A stretch of 64,000 nt of DNA from Eledone cirrhosa. Its lineage: Eukaryota. A model generated the notes under the pieces. That model had not been told where the DNA came from. It worked only from the letters and a program-made list of their open reading frames with translations, and searched no databases. The DNA lies in the NCBI GenBank assembly GCA_964016885.1, contig CAXHJY010001472.1, forward strand, positions 372,001 through 436,000, read 5' to 3'. Below are positions 35,731 through 51,288 of this stretch, piece by piece (position 1 is the stretch's first letter; each line of letters begins with the position of its first letter). The position numbers and the translations under genes were made by a program.

Positions 35731-36354
35731 TGTGTATATGTATGTATGTATGTATGTGTATGAGATGCAGTTTGCTTTTGTGCCTCTGAAAAGTACAACA
35801 GATGCCCTCTTCTTAGTGAGACAACTACAAGAGAGGTTCTTAGAGACAAATAAGCCACTATACTTAGCTTTGGACATAGAGAAGGCTTTTGATAGAGAAC
35901 TCTTATAAATGTCAACATATATATATGTGTGTGTATATATATATTTTTTTTAAAACTATATATTTATTACTCCCTTAAGCAGAAGAAATATATTCCCAGA
36001 TATCGAAGATTACCACAATAACTAGGGAGCGGAAGTCAATAGATGCTGGACATTGCTGCTGAGGGTAGGATGACCTGATGAGCTGGCTCCTGTGGTGGAT
36101 ACCTAAACATAGTAAGACCCAAGTGGGATGACTGAGGTTCACCTACATACATCAGATGTCTCTGGATCTCCAGCTGGAGATTAATGATCTCAGAAATGCC
36201 ATGAAAAATCGTGACATCTAAAAAAGAAGAGTAGAATTGTTCTGGCCAATCCACCTGACCTAATAAACAATAATAATATTAATATATATTGATGAAAATT
36301 AATTATGGTGAAATATCTTAGAAATCATTCTCAGAGGTTTTGTATTGTAATCCA

Positions 36355-38355
36355 CACTTGCTCCTTGTGGCTTCTGATGCAGACATCATGTCCGCCATCA
36401 GGTCCTTCCCAGCTAGCAGCTGCGGTGATGTTGATGGTCTCTGACCAGGCCTCCTCAAGGAGTTGACATCTCCCCTCTCCGCTGAGGCCGGGCGCCGCCT
36501 TCTGAGTGCAATTGTGGCGCTCACCAATAGGCTCATCCATGGCGCCCTGGACTCTTATGCTCGAGGCCTCTTTTTTTCGGCCAGCCTCACCGCTCGCAGG
36601 AAGAAAGAGGATGGCATATGCCCCATTGCTGTGGGCAATGTCTTCCGGAGGCTGGCTGCCAAGGTAATCTGCAAGTCCGTAACACTCGGAACCGGCATCC
36701 AGGGCCTCCAGCCACCTCATTGTCAAGTTTGACATGAGGAATGCCTTCAACTCTTTACGCTGGGATCATCTGCTCGAGGCCTGCCTCAGCCGAACCCCCT
36801 CTGCCTACCTGTCATATGGAGCCCCAAGCATGCGCCATGCTGCTGATACGGTCATACCCTTGGCTACTGGGATCCAACAGGGCAACCCTTTGGGACCCCT
36901 CCTGTTCACCCTTGGTATTGACCACATCGCCTGGAGTATAACGGCCCCTCTCAACGTTTGGTATCTGGATGATGCTACTTTGGGTGGGCCCGTACAGGCG
37001 GTCTGCCATGACCTTCAATCGGTGGTTCCTGCCCTGGCGGGAATCGACCTCCAGGTCAACTCAGCCAAGTCGGAGGTGGTGAATGTCAGCGTCGATGCTG
37101 CAAGCTTTGCAGTCTCCGTCTTGGACGTGCGGTCCATTCTCCGCCAGGTTCAGGTGACCCCCCAAAGAGGATGCCCTCACCGATCCACCCGCCGGCCATC
37201 CGCTCCTCCATCAAGTCCAGACTCTCACGAGCCGACTGGGCTTGATTGATGGCCACCCAGTTCTCTTTCTGCTGAGGAACTGCTACGCCATGCCGAAGCT
37301 CCTCTATACACTCTGTGCTACACCTAAACTTGTATCCGAGCAGCAGCCGATGAGATATGCAACTTTACCTGTCAGGTATGGCGACCTTCGCCTCCAGTCC
37401 CCGATCTCACTAGCTTTGCCGGCATATCTTTCGTCGGTAACCTCGTACCACGTCCTCCTCAGCAGGGTTCTTCAAAACACAACAGAACCCTCTGTGTTCA
37501 GAGAACGCGTGGCCGCCTGTGAGACGTGGCACCGGCTGGGACTTAGCCCAGTAGACGTTCCTCCTCCTTCTCCCCCTGTTGACGTCAAGTCCCCCCCAAC
37601 ACACTTGGGATGCCATCCAGTGCAGCCTGGCCTCAGACAGGCTCACGCGCCAGCTCGACCAGCACCGCCTTGTTTGTTTTCATGCAGCCTCCAAACCCCA
37701 CAGTGGGGCCTGGCTCCATGCCCTGCCCTCCTTCTCCACTCGCACGCAGCTAGACAACAATAGCTTGCGCATCGGCGTTTCCCTGTGGCTCGGCCTCACA
37801 CCAATGTCGCTGCCGTTCCACCATGGACTCTTTCGGCCTCCACCCGCTTTCCTGTCGCCACAGTGCCAGCCGCAATCCACGCCATGCTGCCCTCAACGAA
37901 GTCATTAAGCATGGCTTGGACGCTGCAGGCTTCCCTTCCCAGCTCGAGGGGACGGCAAAAGGCTAGATGGCATGACCATCTTCCCGTTCCGCGGTGGCAA
38001 ACCCCTCGTCTGGGATGCCACTTGCACCGACACTTTCTGCAGCCGCAACCTGGTGCAGTCTGCGACTGGCCCAGGTTCTGCTGCACGTCAGGCTGAGGGG
38101 GCCAAACTCCTCACATATCGTTCACTCTCCGACAGGTTTGCGGTCGTACCCCTGGAAGTGGAGACTTCTGGTGTCCTCGGCCCCAGGGCTACCTCCTTAC
38201 TCACCACCATAGGCGCTGAGCTGGCCAGCCGCAGGTGTGAGCCCCGCGAGTTGGAGTGGCTTTTCCAGCGCGTCTCCCTTGCCGTGCTCCGGGGAAACGC
38301 CTTCTCCATTCTGTCCGCCGGGGCTGTGGGTGGGTCCCATCGCGTACCGTTATGA
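36355..38355 (+). mobile_element. CRE-clade retrotransposon, copy 3
   Basis: Near-identical to 2670-4669. Confidence 0.88.
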
Positions 38356-40117
38356 ATGTATACAAAACAACTAAATCTCTTAAATAACTTCACTTATATC
38401 CAAAACATGATTTGTATATACATCAACAGTGACTCATTATTATACGCCAGTCACGACCCCACTGCAAAAACGATATCTATATAACAACCCCACCGTAAAA
38501 CTACTCTTCCCCACTTTACAAACACTTTATATTATTTGTCATTAAGGTTTCTTAAAATAAATATATATACGTATGTGTAGTAATTAGTACGGAGACTGAG
38601 AGAGAAGGGGCGAGTGTGTCTTCATGGAGGGCACATGGGACCAGCAAAGTCCTAAAAGTAGAGACCAGTAAATGAGATAAGGTCCTAGCTATGTTAAGAA
38701 TATAAATAAGAAACATGTTCTATACATTTAAGAAGACAAGAGAAACATGTTCTAAACATTTAAGAAATAATTATTTACCTCTTTCATGTCGGTAATATAG
38801 CGGTGTTATAAAACTAATTATAACGACCGGTGTTAAAATAGAGAGAGATAGACAGATAAATGTGTGTCACACTCTCACCCTCTCTTTAAATCTTTTACAC
38901 TATCTAACTCGTACTTCTCACACTCTCTTTAAATCTTTTACTCTATCTACCTCTCATTTCTATCTGTGTATGTATGTATGTATCTGTCTATGTGTAACTC
39001 AGTGTACTGGAGCAATATGATGTGAAGTGTCTTGCTCAAGAAGACATTTTGTGGAGTTATATCATCGTTTCTTGTTATAAAGCTAATTATACTACCGGCG
39101 TAACAGTGGCTATAGGTGATAGATGTAGAAATAAAAGGCTGTAACAGCGATATAAATATAGATGAAATAGTTTACCACGAGACTAAGAATGAATGTTTAA
39201 TGGAATTAAGTGTAATCTAATAGGAAATAAGAGGCTAGAGCAGCGAAATGTTTACGTAAAATAAAAGAACAACAAACAAGAGTGCAACATTGAAATTTTT
39301 GTTTTATTTTTTCGATATAAGCGTTATTTTATGCGCGATTTGCCTTGCTGCCGGCGCTGCTCAGTCAGTAACAGCCCCGCTTACGAACTTCAGGAGCCAA
39401 CGACTTTACATGGTTCGAATCTCACCCTCTCCGCTCTTGTCGAGTTATCTCCTACTCTTTTTACTTAGTTCCAGGTCATTTAAATAGAGCAAAGAGGGCG
39501 CGGCGATCGGCATATGCACTGGCTACAATGTTGAACTTTGGTACTGACTGCGTAGTTGAACGTTCCACATACCAACCGCCCAACTGGCCAGTCAACCGCA
39601 AATACGGCTGGCTGGCCGGTTGGGTAGTTGGCTACCATGCTGAACATTGTACTGACTGTCAAGTTGAATGTTCTAACCCTCTCTTTACATCTATTACTCT
39701 ATCTACCGCTTATTTCTCCCCCTCTCTTTACTTCTATAACTCTATCTCCCACTCTCTTTACATCTATTACAGTGTCTCCCTGTATATATACACGTATATA
39801 TGCACTAGATTTTATAAGAAATCTACGTAATAATATAATTAACAATAGTTGATGAATTAGACCAGAGTTAATTAAACAATAAATATGAATGAAATAGCAG
39901 TAGATGGCGAAACTTGAGTGTTGTGTGTGCATACATATATATGAGGTAAACTGGTTCAAATACTGTCAGGATTATATTGGATCAAAGACTGTATTAAATA
40001 GAAAGTAAAAAATGAAGTGAAAATATAAAAACAAACTGAAAATTTCCCCATCCCTAGAAAAATTCATATCTTGTTATATATAGATAATTGGCGCTTTAAA
40101 TTGAATAAATATTCATT

Positions 40118-40148
<31 letters not shown>

Positions 40149-41712
40149 GTACACTGATATATATGTGTGTGTATATATATATATATATGTATGTGTATAT
40201 GTGTACATATGTATGTGTATATATATACTAATATATATATATATATATCAACTTCATCATACGTCCGCTTTTCCATGCTTGCAAGGGTGGGGTGGGAGCT
40301 GATTCTGGATTGGTTTCTACAGCTGGGTGCCCTTCCTAACGCCAACCCAGTTTGCAGTGAGTGCTGGGTGCTTTTTTTTTTCCGTGGCACCTCCATGTCA
40401 GCTTTACAGAGCGGGCTGGGTGCTTTTTTGCCGTGGCGCCTCCACGACCACTTTACGGTGGGGTGGTGGGGTGGTATGTGTATACCCAGCCCATTGTCAT
40501 TTCCCACCCAGAAAAGTTCATAGCACCGTTCTTTACCCACGATGAATCTAGCAGACCCACCCCTCCACCTGGTCTCTTGAATACAACAGTGGTTTCACTA
40601 AAATAAAAATTAAATTAAATTAAATTAAATTAATTATATTAGATAAATAGACATTGGGGTTCTCACCAAAGATTTTCAGTTATTTCTAAGAGATGTAAAA
40701 GGAAAATTAAAAAAAGATTAATAGGACACATTAGACATGTCTCCAAGCAAGAATTGAACTTACAGACAAGGATCTCACCATCTCTGGTACTTCCCACTAA
40801 GCCACCAAGACTGCTACAAAGGTCTATTGAAAATTAATATTTATAAACCTACTTTCAAAATATAACTAATTTAATTAAAAATAAAATAAAATAAATAGAC
40901 ATTGGCGTTCTCACAAAACTTTTTCAGTTCTTTTTTCTAAGAAATGTCAAAGGAATATATATATATATATATTTTATTTTTAATTTTATTTTGAAAGTAG
41001 GTTTATAAATATTAAATTTCAGTACATCTTTGTATCAGTCTCGGTAGCTTAGTGGGAAGTACCAGAGATGGTGAGATCCTGTTCTGGGTGTTCAATCCTG
41101 GTCTGATGGTTGAATTGGGGACTCAGGTTCAATCCTGGTCCATGAGATACATGTAAGGTGTCATGTTAATCTTTTATAATTTTCTTTCTATATCTCTTTG
41201 AAAAAGAGAACCCCTATTTATTTAATTATATTGAATTTAATTTTTTATTTTAGTTAAATTGTCGAAAACACTGAAGATCTAAAGGTTGAGGAGACAATAT
41301 GTCTATTTTATCTGTCTCCTCTAACTTTAGATCACCAGTGGTTTTGACAATTTAACTAAAGTAAAATAAAATAAAATAAATTAAATTATATTAGATAAAT
41401 AGACATTGGGGTTCTCACCAAAGATTTTCAGTTTTTTCTGAGGAAAATTTAAAAAAAGATTAACAGGACACATTACAGCAATGATTGAACTCCCAGACCA
41501 GGATTGAACCTACAGACAAGGACCTCACCATCTCTGGTACTTCCCACTAAGCCGCCAAGACTGCTACAAAGGTCTGCTGATAATTAATATTTATAAACCT
41601 AATTTCAAAATAAAATTAATGTTATTAATTTTATTTAAAAATAAAATAAAATAAATAAACATTGGGGTTCTCACAAAACTTTTTCATTTTTTTTCTAAGA
41701 AATGTCAAAGGA

Positions 41713-41741
<29 letters not shown>

Positions 41742-41743
<2 letters not shown>

Positions 41744-43666
41744 ATCATCATCATCATCATCATCGTTTAACGTCCATATTCCACGCTTGCATGGGTTTGG
41801 ACGGGAATTTTCCCACTTGAGGCAAGAGTGGTTGTCTTGCTCGCATAGGACTGTCTGGCGGGTTTTCTACAGCTGGATGCCCTTCCTAACACCAACCGCA
41901 TTTACAGTGTGGGACTGGGAGGTTTTTACCGTGTTACCTACACGGCCACATTACTGCGTGGACTGTGTTTTTTTTTTTTGTCGTGACACCTACACGACCT
42001 CATTTGTTTCGGCCTGGATGTTGTGGCACCAACATAACTTTACATTGAAAGGGGCGGTGTGGATGGGGTGGGGGTGTATTTTGTTAGAGGTGCCTACTGA
42101 CTGTAGTAGGTTTTACTTTGTATCTAGGTAAGGCGGGTCTTCTCTATTACTGAGTACCGCCAAAGATCTCGGTCCAGTGACATTGTCTTGGAGAGGTGTA
42201 AGTGTGTGAGGTCGGAATTTATCAAGTCGTCCCAGGTTTTTCTGGGTCTGCCTACTCCGTGGCTACCGTCTATCTTTATTGCCCTGCATTTTTTTTATAC
42301 AGCTGTCGTCTTTCATCCGCATCACGTGGACCATACCAACGTAGTCTTCTCTCGAGTACACAACATCTGATCCCTCTTATTTCTAATTTTTCCCTTAGTT
42401 CGTTTATGCTTTGCCGTTCACATATATTACTATTACACATCCAGCGAAGCATGCAAGCTTCGTTCCTCTCTAGTCTGCGTATATCCTCTGCACACAATGC
42501 CCAGGTCTCACTGCCATGCAACATTGCTGTTCATATGCAGGCATCATACAACCTGCCTTTCATTTTTAGGGAGAACCCTTTAGCGGCTAATAGTGGTATA
42601 AGCTCTCTGAACTTTTTCCATCCAGTTCTGACTCTAGCTACTGTACTTTCAGAGCACCCTCCCCCACTGCTGATTTTGTCACCCAGGTAACGGAAGCTGT
42701 CCACTATTTCTATAGAACCCTCTGCGCAATTGAAAGAGCTAGTATTTTGTGGGCACTTGCTGCTACTTATTGCACCAGAGCACCGGCCACATGTAAAATC
42801 TATGTTCTTAGTTAGCTTACCTGTGATCCCACTACATCTTTTATGAACCCATACTTTGCATTTGGGACATAAAATGGAGTTTCTACCTACGCCTTTCCTA
42901 CACACTGAGCATGGCCATTTCCCGGAAGGGACCGGCGCCTTATTTTCTTTCCTACAAACTAGAACTTTAGTCTTAGCCAGGTTAATTTTAAGGCCTTCTG
43001 ATTCTAGGCCTTGCTTCCATGTTTGGAATTTCTTCTCTAGCTCGGCCATTGATTCAGCTATGAGCGTTAGATCATCTGCGTATAGGAGTTCCCATGGGCA
43101 GCCGGTCTTGAACTCCACTGTTATAGCCTGAAGGGCAATAATAAATAGTAGGGGGCTAAGGACGGAGCCCTGATGAACACCAACTTTTACGCTAAACTCT
43201 TCACTATATTCGTTGTTAATTCTAACCTTGCTGACTGTTTCTTTATACATGGCTCGTATAGCTCTCACAAGCCATTCCTCAACACCTAGTTTTCTAAGAG
43301 CCCACCAGATAATGGAACGGGGGACTCTGTCGAAGGCTTTCTCCAAGTCAACAAAAGCTAAGTATAGGGGTTTACTTTTAACTAGGTACTTCTCCTGTAG
43401 TTGTCGTACAATGAAAAGAGCGTCTGTGGTACTTTTACCTGACACAAACCCGAACTGCATTTCATCTAGATCAATTCTCTCTCTGATTAGTTGCGCTATT
43501 ACTTTTTCCGTGACCTTCATGACCTGGTCGATTAATTTAATGCCTCTATAGTTACTCCTATCTAGGGCATCTCCTTTACCCTTGTAACAGTTAATGATGA
43601 TGCTGCTACGCCAGTCCTTCAGAACAACCCCATTCTGTATGACTTGGTTTACTATCCGGGTGACCA
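41742..43666 (-). mobile_element. RTE LINE family A, duplicate copy
   Basis: Near-identical to 9336-11257. Confidence 0.93.
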
Positions 43667-46199
43667 TTACGTGTATACATCTGAAAATGTATATATGTAT
43701 GCAAAGATATAAGTAAACATACATGTATACATATAGATGGACAGTTATGCATATACAATAACTTATTTCTATACATACATATACCACAAGTAAGGCATGG
43801 TGCTGCCAACTAACCAGACCTCCCTCATAATGGACCAGCTAGATCCCAAAATACAGGCCTGCTTGCCAACACACAGTCCCAATAAGTGTAAGTTACAGCG
43901 CAGCTATCTGGACAGACTTGTCTTAAGACTACACACTATCCCACTACATCTTTTGTATACTATATATATACTGTTTATATATATATATACTATATATATA
44001 TACTGTTTATATATATATATACTATATATATATATACTGTTTATATATATATACACACATATAATTGTGTATTCACACATTATCTTAGTAATGAAATAAT
44101 TAATAATTTTAGTAAATTGTTCAAAATTCTTCATTAACCCTTTTGGTAGAAACCCAGCCAAAATTAGTTCTCGTACTATGGAAATGGTTCCTATCTAAAT
44201 TAAAGTCTTCCAACAAAATTCTATATAACAACCATATGGTAAGTTACTATGTTAGTAATTAACTAACAATTGTGATAAATAGCTCAAAATTATTCATAAT
44301 TAATTGAATTATAAGGTTCATAATTATAATAAAATCTTCAAATAGGCTACGAAACCGGTAAACCTGAAAGGTACACAACACACACACATTGCTATAGCGT
44401 TTCACCAGCCCCTTCCTTCCTGAATTATTACAGAGATGTGTGTGTATGTAATAATTATTTGTATAATGTGTGTCTATTTATGAATATGTATGAGTAGATG
44501 TGTGTGTGTGTATCACAGTAGATGTGTATGTAACACAGTAGATGTGTATATGTAACAGAGTAGATGTGTGTTTGCATGTAACTCAGTATATGTGTATGTA
44601 ACTCAGTAGATGTGTGTGTGTAACACAGTAGATGTGTGTGTGTAACACGGTAGATGTGTGTGTGTAACACGGTAGATGTGTGTGTGTAACACGGTAGATG
44701 TGTGTATGTAACAGTAGATGTGTATGTATGTAACACAGTAGATGTGTATGTATGTAACACAGTAGATGTGTGTATGTAACACAGTACATGTGTGTGTATG
44801 TAACTCAGTAGATGTGTGTGTATGTAACTCAGTAGATGTGTGTATGTAACACAGTAGATTGTGTGTATGTAACATAGAAGATGTGTGTAACACAGTAGAT
44901 GTGTGTGTATGTAACACAGTAGATCTGTGTGTATGTAACTCAGTAGATGTGTGTGTATGTAACACAGGTGTGTGTATGTAACACAGTAGATGTGTGTATG
45001 TAACATAGTAGATGTGTGTATGTAACACAGAAGATGTGTGTGTATGTAACACAGTAGATGTGTGTGTATGTAACTCAGTAGATGTGTGTGTATGTAACAC
45101 AGTAGATGTGTGTGTAACACAGTAGATGTGTATGTAACGCAGTAGATGTGTGTGTATGTAACCCAGTTGATGTGTGTGTATGTAACACAGTAGATGTGTG
45201 TATGTAACATAGTATATGTGTATGTAACTAAAGTGTAACGTACGTTACAAATGGACGACAAAATGATTTTAACTTGTTTTTTAACAATTGATGGTGGAAA
45301 AGATTTTAAATTGTCTTAACTCAGACCATAAAGGGCCGCAACACATGGAGTCTGACACTCTTACCGGCTACATAGCCTGGGCGTCTATTTTACCGCGACC
45401 GGCTACATAGCCTGGGCGTCTATTTTACCGCGACCGGCTACATAGCATCTTCCTAAAATCTTCCAACATAATTTTATACAAGAACCACATGTTAAGTTAC
45501 TAATAAAATAATTAATAAATAAAAACATTAGTAAGTCCTTCAAATGATATCTCAGTAATGAAATAATTAATAATTGTTATAAATACCTCAAAATTCCTCA
45601 TTAATTAAACCTCATTAATTAATTAAGCCGCTGAAAAGTGCAACAGATGCCCTCTTCTTAGTGAGACAACTACAAAAGAGGTTCTTAGAGAAAAATAAGC
45701 CACTATACTTAGCTTTGGACATAGAGAAGGCTTTTGATAGAGAACTCTTATAAATGACAACATATATATATGTGTGTGTATATATATGTTTTTTTTAAAA
45801 CTATATATTTATTACTCCCTTAAGCAGAAGAAATATATTCCCAGATATCGAAGATTACCACAATAACTAGGGAGCGGAAATCAATAGATGCTGGACATTG
45901 CTGCTGAGGGTAGGATGACCTGATGAGCTGGCTCCTGTGGTGGATACCTAAACATAGTAAGACCCAAGTGGGATGACTGAGGTTCACCTACATACATCAG
46001 ATGTCTCTGGATCTCCAGCTGGAGATTAATGATCTCAGGAATGCCATGAAAAATCGTGACATCTAAAAAAGAAGAGTAGAATTGTTCTGGCCAATCCACC
46101 TGACCTAATAAACAATAATAATATTAATATATATTGATGAAAATTAATTATGGTGAAATATCTTAGAAATCATTCTCAGAGGTTTTGTATTGTAATCCA

Positions 46200-48016
46200 C
46201 ACTTGCTCCTTGTGGCTTCTGATGCAGACATCATGTCCGCCATCAGGTCCTTCCCAGCTAGCAGCTGCGGTGATGTTGATGGTCTCTGACCAGGCCTCCT
46301 CAAGGAGTTGACATCTCCCCTCTCCGCTGAGGCCGGGCGCCGCCTTCTGAGTGCAATTGTGGCGCTCACCAATAGGCTCATCCATGGCGCCCTGGACTCT
46401 TATGCTCGAGGCCTCTTTTTTTCGGCCAGCCTCACCGCTCTCAGGAAGAAAGAGGATGGCATACGCCCCATTGCTGTGGGCAATGTCTTCCGGAGGCTGG
46501 CTGCCAAGGTAATCTGCAAGTCCGTAACACTCGGAACCGGCATCCAGGGCCTCCAGCCACCTCATTGTCAAGTTTGACATGAGGAATGCCTTCAACTCTT
46601 TACGCTGGGATCATCTGCTCGAGGCCTGCCTCAGCCGAACCCCCTCTGCCTACCTGTCATATGGAGCCCCAAGCATGCGCCATGCTGCTGATACGGTCAT
46701 ACCCTTGGCTACTGGGATCCAACAGGGCAACCCTTTGGGACCCCTCCTGTTCACCCTTGGTATTGACCACATCGCCTGGAGTATAACGGTGGTTCCTGCC
46801 CTGGCGGGAATCGACCTCCAGGTCAACTCAGCCAAGTCGGAGGTGGTGAATGTCAGCCTCGATGCTGCAAGCTTTGCAGTCTCCGTCTTGGACGTGCGGT
46901 CCATTCTCCGCCAGGTTCAGGTGACCCCCCAAAGAGGATGCCCTCACCGATCCACCCGCCGGCCATCCGCTCCTCCATCAAGTCCAGACTCTCACGAGCC
47001 GACTGGGCTTGATTGATGGCCACCCAGTTCTCTTTCTGCTGAGGAACTGCTACGCCATGCCGAAGCTCCTCTATACACTCTGTGCTACACCTAAACTTGT
47101 ATCCGAGCAGCAGCCGATGAGATATGCAACTTTACCTGTCAGGTATGGCGGCCTTCGCCTCCAGTCCCCGATCTCACTAGCTTTGCCGGCGTATCTTTCG
47201 TCGGTAACCTCGTACCACGTCCTCCTCAGCAGGGTTCTTCAAAACACAACAGAACCCTCTGTGTTCAGAGAACGCGTGGCCGCCTGTGAGACGTGGCACC
47301 GGCTGGGACTTAGCCCAGTAGACGTTCCTCCTCCTTCTCCCCCTGTTGACGTCAAGTCCCCCCCAACACACTTGGGATGCCATCCAGTGCAGCCTGGCCT
47401 CAGACAGGCTCACGCGCCAGCTCGACCAGCACCGCCTTGTTTGTTTTCGTGCAGCCTCCAAACCCCACAGTGGGGCCTGGCTCCATGCCCTGCCCTCCTT
47501 CTCCACTCGCACGCAGCAAGACAACAATAGCTTGCGCATCGGCGTTTCCCTGAGGCTCGGCCTCACACCAATGTCGCTGCCGTTCCACCATGGACTCTTT
47601 CGGCCTCCACCCGCTTTCCAGGGGACGGCAAAAGGCCATATGGCATGACCATCTTCCCGTTCCGCGGTGGCAAACCCCTCGTCTGGGATGCCACTTGCAC
47701 CGACACTTTCTGCAGCCGCAACCTGGTGCAGTCTGCGACTGGCCCAGGTTCTGCTGAGGGGGCCAAACTCCTCACATATCGTTCACTCTCCGACAGGTTT
47801 GCGGTCGTACCCCTGGAAGTGGAGACTTCTGGTGTCCTCGGCCCCAGGGCTACCTCCTTACTCACCACCATAGGCGCTGAGCTGGCCAGCCGCAGGTGTG
47901 AGCCCCGCGAGTTGGAGTGGCTTTTCCAGCGCGTCTCCCTTGCCGTGCTCCGGGGAAACGCCTTCTCCATTCTGTCCGCCGGGGCTGTGGGTGGGTCCCA
48001 TCGCGTACCGTTATGA
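46200..48016 (+). mobile_element. CRE-clade retrotransposon, copy 4 with three internal deletions
   Basis: Homologous to the other copies; deletions at ~46788, ~47619 and ~47755. Confidence 0.88.
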
Positions 48017-49865
48017 ATGTATACAAAACAACTAAATCTCTTAAATAACTTCACTTATATCCAAAACATGATTTGTATATACATCAACAGTGACTCATTA
48101 TTATACGCCAGTCACGACCCCACTGCAAAAACGATATCTATATAACAACCCCACCGTAAAACTACTCTTCCCCACTTTACAAACACTTTATATTATTTGT
48201 CATTAAGGTTTCTTAAAATAAATATATATACGTATGTGTAGTAATTAGTACGGAGACTGAGAGAGAAGGGGCGAGTGTGTCTTCATGGAGGGCACATGGG
48301 ACCAGCAAAGCCCTAAAAGTAGAGACCAGTAAATGAGATAAGGTCCTAGCTATGTTAAGAATATAAATAAGAAACATGTTCTATACATTTAAGAAGACAA
48401 GAGAAACATGTTCTAAACATTTAAGAAATAATTATTTACCTCTTTCATGTCGGTAATATAGCGGTGTTATAAAACTAATTATAACGACCGGTGTTAAAAT
48501 AGAGAGAGATAGACAGATATAGGTGTGTCACACTCTCACCCTCTCTTTAAATCTTTTACACTATCTAACTCGTACTTCTCACACTCTCTTTAAATCTCTT
48601 ACTCTATCTACCTCTCATTTCTATCTGTGTATGTATGTATGTATCTGTCTATGTGTAACTCGGTGTACTGGAGCAATATGAAGTGAAGTGTCTTGCTCAA
48701 GAAGACATTTTGTGGAGTTATATCATCGTTTCTTGTTATAAAGCTACTTATACTACCGGCGTAACAGTGGCTATAGGTGATAGATGTAGAAATAAAAGGC
48801 TGTAACAGCGATATAAATATAGATGAAATAGTTTACCACGAGACTAAGAATGAATGTTTAATGGAATTAAGTGTAATCTAATAGGAAATAAGAGGCTAGA
48901 GCAGCGAAATGTTTACGTAAAATAAAAGAACAACAAACAAGAGTGCAACATTGAAATTTTTGTTTTTTTTTTGTCGATATAAGCGTTATTTTATGCGCGA
49001 TTTGCCTTGCTGCCGGCGCTGCTCAGTCAGTAGCAGCCCCGCTTACGAAGTTCAGGAGCCAACGACTTTACATGGTTCGAATCTCACCCTCTCCGCTCTT
49101 GTCGAGTTATCTCCTACTCTTTTTACTTAGTTCCAGGTCATTAAAATAGAGCAAAGAGGGCGCGGCGATCGGCATATGCACTGGCTACAATGTTGAACTT
49201 TGGTACTGACTGCGTAGTTGAACGTTCCATATACCAACCGCCCAACTGGCCAGTCAACCGCATATGCGGCTGGCTGGCCGGTTGGGTAGTTGGCATATGT
49301 ACTGGCTACCATGCTGAACATTGTACTGACTGTCAAGTTGAACGTTCTAACCCTCTCTTTACATCTATTACTCTATCTACCGCTTAGTTCTCCCCCTCTC
49401 TTTACTTCTATAACTCTATCTCCCACTCTCTTTACATCTATTACAGTGTCTCCCTGTATATATACACGTATATATGCACTAGATTTTATAAGAAATCTAC
49501 GTAATAATATAATTAACAATAGTTGATGAATTAGACCAGAGTTAATTAAACAATAAATATGAATGAAATAGCAGTAGATGGCGAAACTTGAGTGTTGTGT
49601 GTGCATACATATATATGAGGTAAACTGGTTCAAATACTGTCAGGATTATATCGGATCAAAGACTGTATTAAATAGAAAGTAAAAAATGAAGTGAAAATAT
49701 AAAAACAAACTGAAAATTTCCCCATCCCTAGAAAAATTCATATCTTGTTATATATAGATAATTGGCGCTTTAAATTGAATAAATATTCATTTATATATAT
49801 ATATATATGTATATATATATGTACACTGATATATATGTGTGTATATATATATGAGTATATATATA

Positions 49866-49902
<37 letters not shown>

Positions 49903-50930
49903 ACTTCATCATACGTCCGCTTTTCCATGCTTGCAAGGGTGGGGTGGGAGCTGATTCTGGATTGGTTTCTACAGCTGGGTGCCCTTCCTGACGCCAACCC
50001 CGTTTGCAGTGAGTGCTGGGTGCTTTTTTTTTTCCGTGGCACCTCCACGTCAGCTTTACAGTGTGGGCTGGGTGCTTTTTTGCCGCGGCGCCTCCACGAC
50101 CACTTTGCGGTGGGGTGGTGGGGTGGTATGTGTATACCCAGCCCATTGTCATTTGCCACACAGAAAAGCGTATAGCATCGTTCTTTACCCACGATGAATC
50201 TAGCAGACCCACCCCTCCACCTGGTCTCTTGAATACAACAAACATCGACCTCCTTACGTTCAAACATTTCTACAACCTCGTTAGAGCCACCCTATAAGGT
50301 GCCTACATTAATGGTACCAACTCTGAAGTTTTGGATTGCGTTTGGAGGTTGGGAGCGGTGGGGAGCGGGGATGGGGTTAGGGTTAGCCATCCGCGGCCGA
50401 AACAAAGAGGAGGAGCCCTTGCATTCTCGTCCATGAGGTGGATTTGTCTTTATGTATGTATATGTATATATGTATGTATGTGTGTGTATGTATGTATATA
50501 TGAGTGTATATGTGTATATGTATGTATATGTATGTGTATGTATGTGTATATATGTGTATATGTATGTGTTTGTATATATGTGTGTGTATGTATATATGTG
50601 TGTGTATGTATATATATATATGTATGTATGTGTATATGTATGTATATGTATGTATGTGTATATGTATATATGTGTGTATGTATGTATATATGTATGTATG
50701 TGTATATATGTATGTATGTATATGTATATATACGTGTGTATATGTATATATACTTATGTGTATATGCTTATGTATGTGTATGTATGTATATTTATATTAT
50801 GTATATATATATATCTATGTATGTATATGTATGTATATGTGTATGTATGTGTATGTATGTATGTGTATATATGTATGTATGTATATATATATGTATGTAT
50901 ATGTATGTGTATGTATATGTATATGTATAT

Positions 50931-51288
50931 GGAGGCACATGGCTTAGTGGTTCGAGCATTGGCCTGGCAATCGAAAGGTTGTGAGTTCAATTCTCAGACC
51001 GGGTGATGTGTTGTTTCCTTGAGCAAGACACTTTATTTCACATTGCTCCAGTTTACTCAGCTGTAGAAATGAGATGATAGGGACTGGGGTCCATATCATT
51101 CCACTGCAAAGTGGTCGTGGAGGTGCCACGGCAAAAAAGCACTCAGCACTCACTGTAAATGAGGTTGGTGTTAGGAAGGGCATCCAGCTGTAGAAATCAA
51201 GCCAGAATCAGTTCCCGTCCCACCCTTGCAAGCAGGGAAAAAGCGGACTTAAAACGAAATGATGATGATGATGATGATGATGATGATG
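50931..51288 (+). mobile_element. tRNA-derived RTE-tailed SINE, copy 3
   Basis: Homologous to 18646-18996. Confidence 0.9.
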
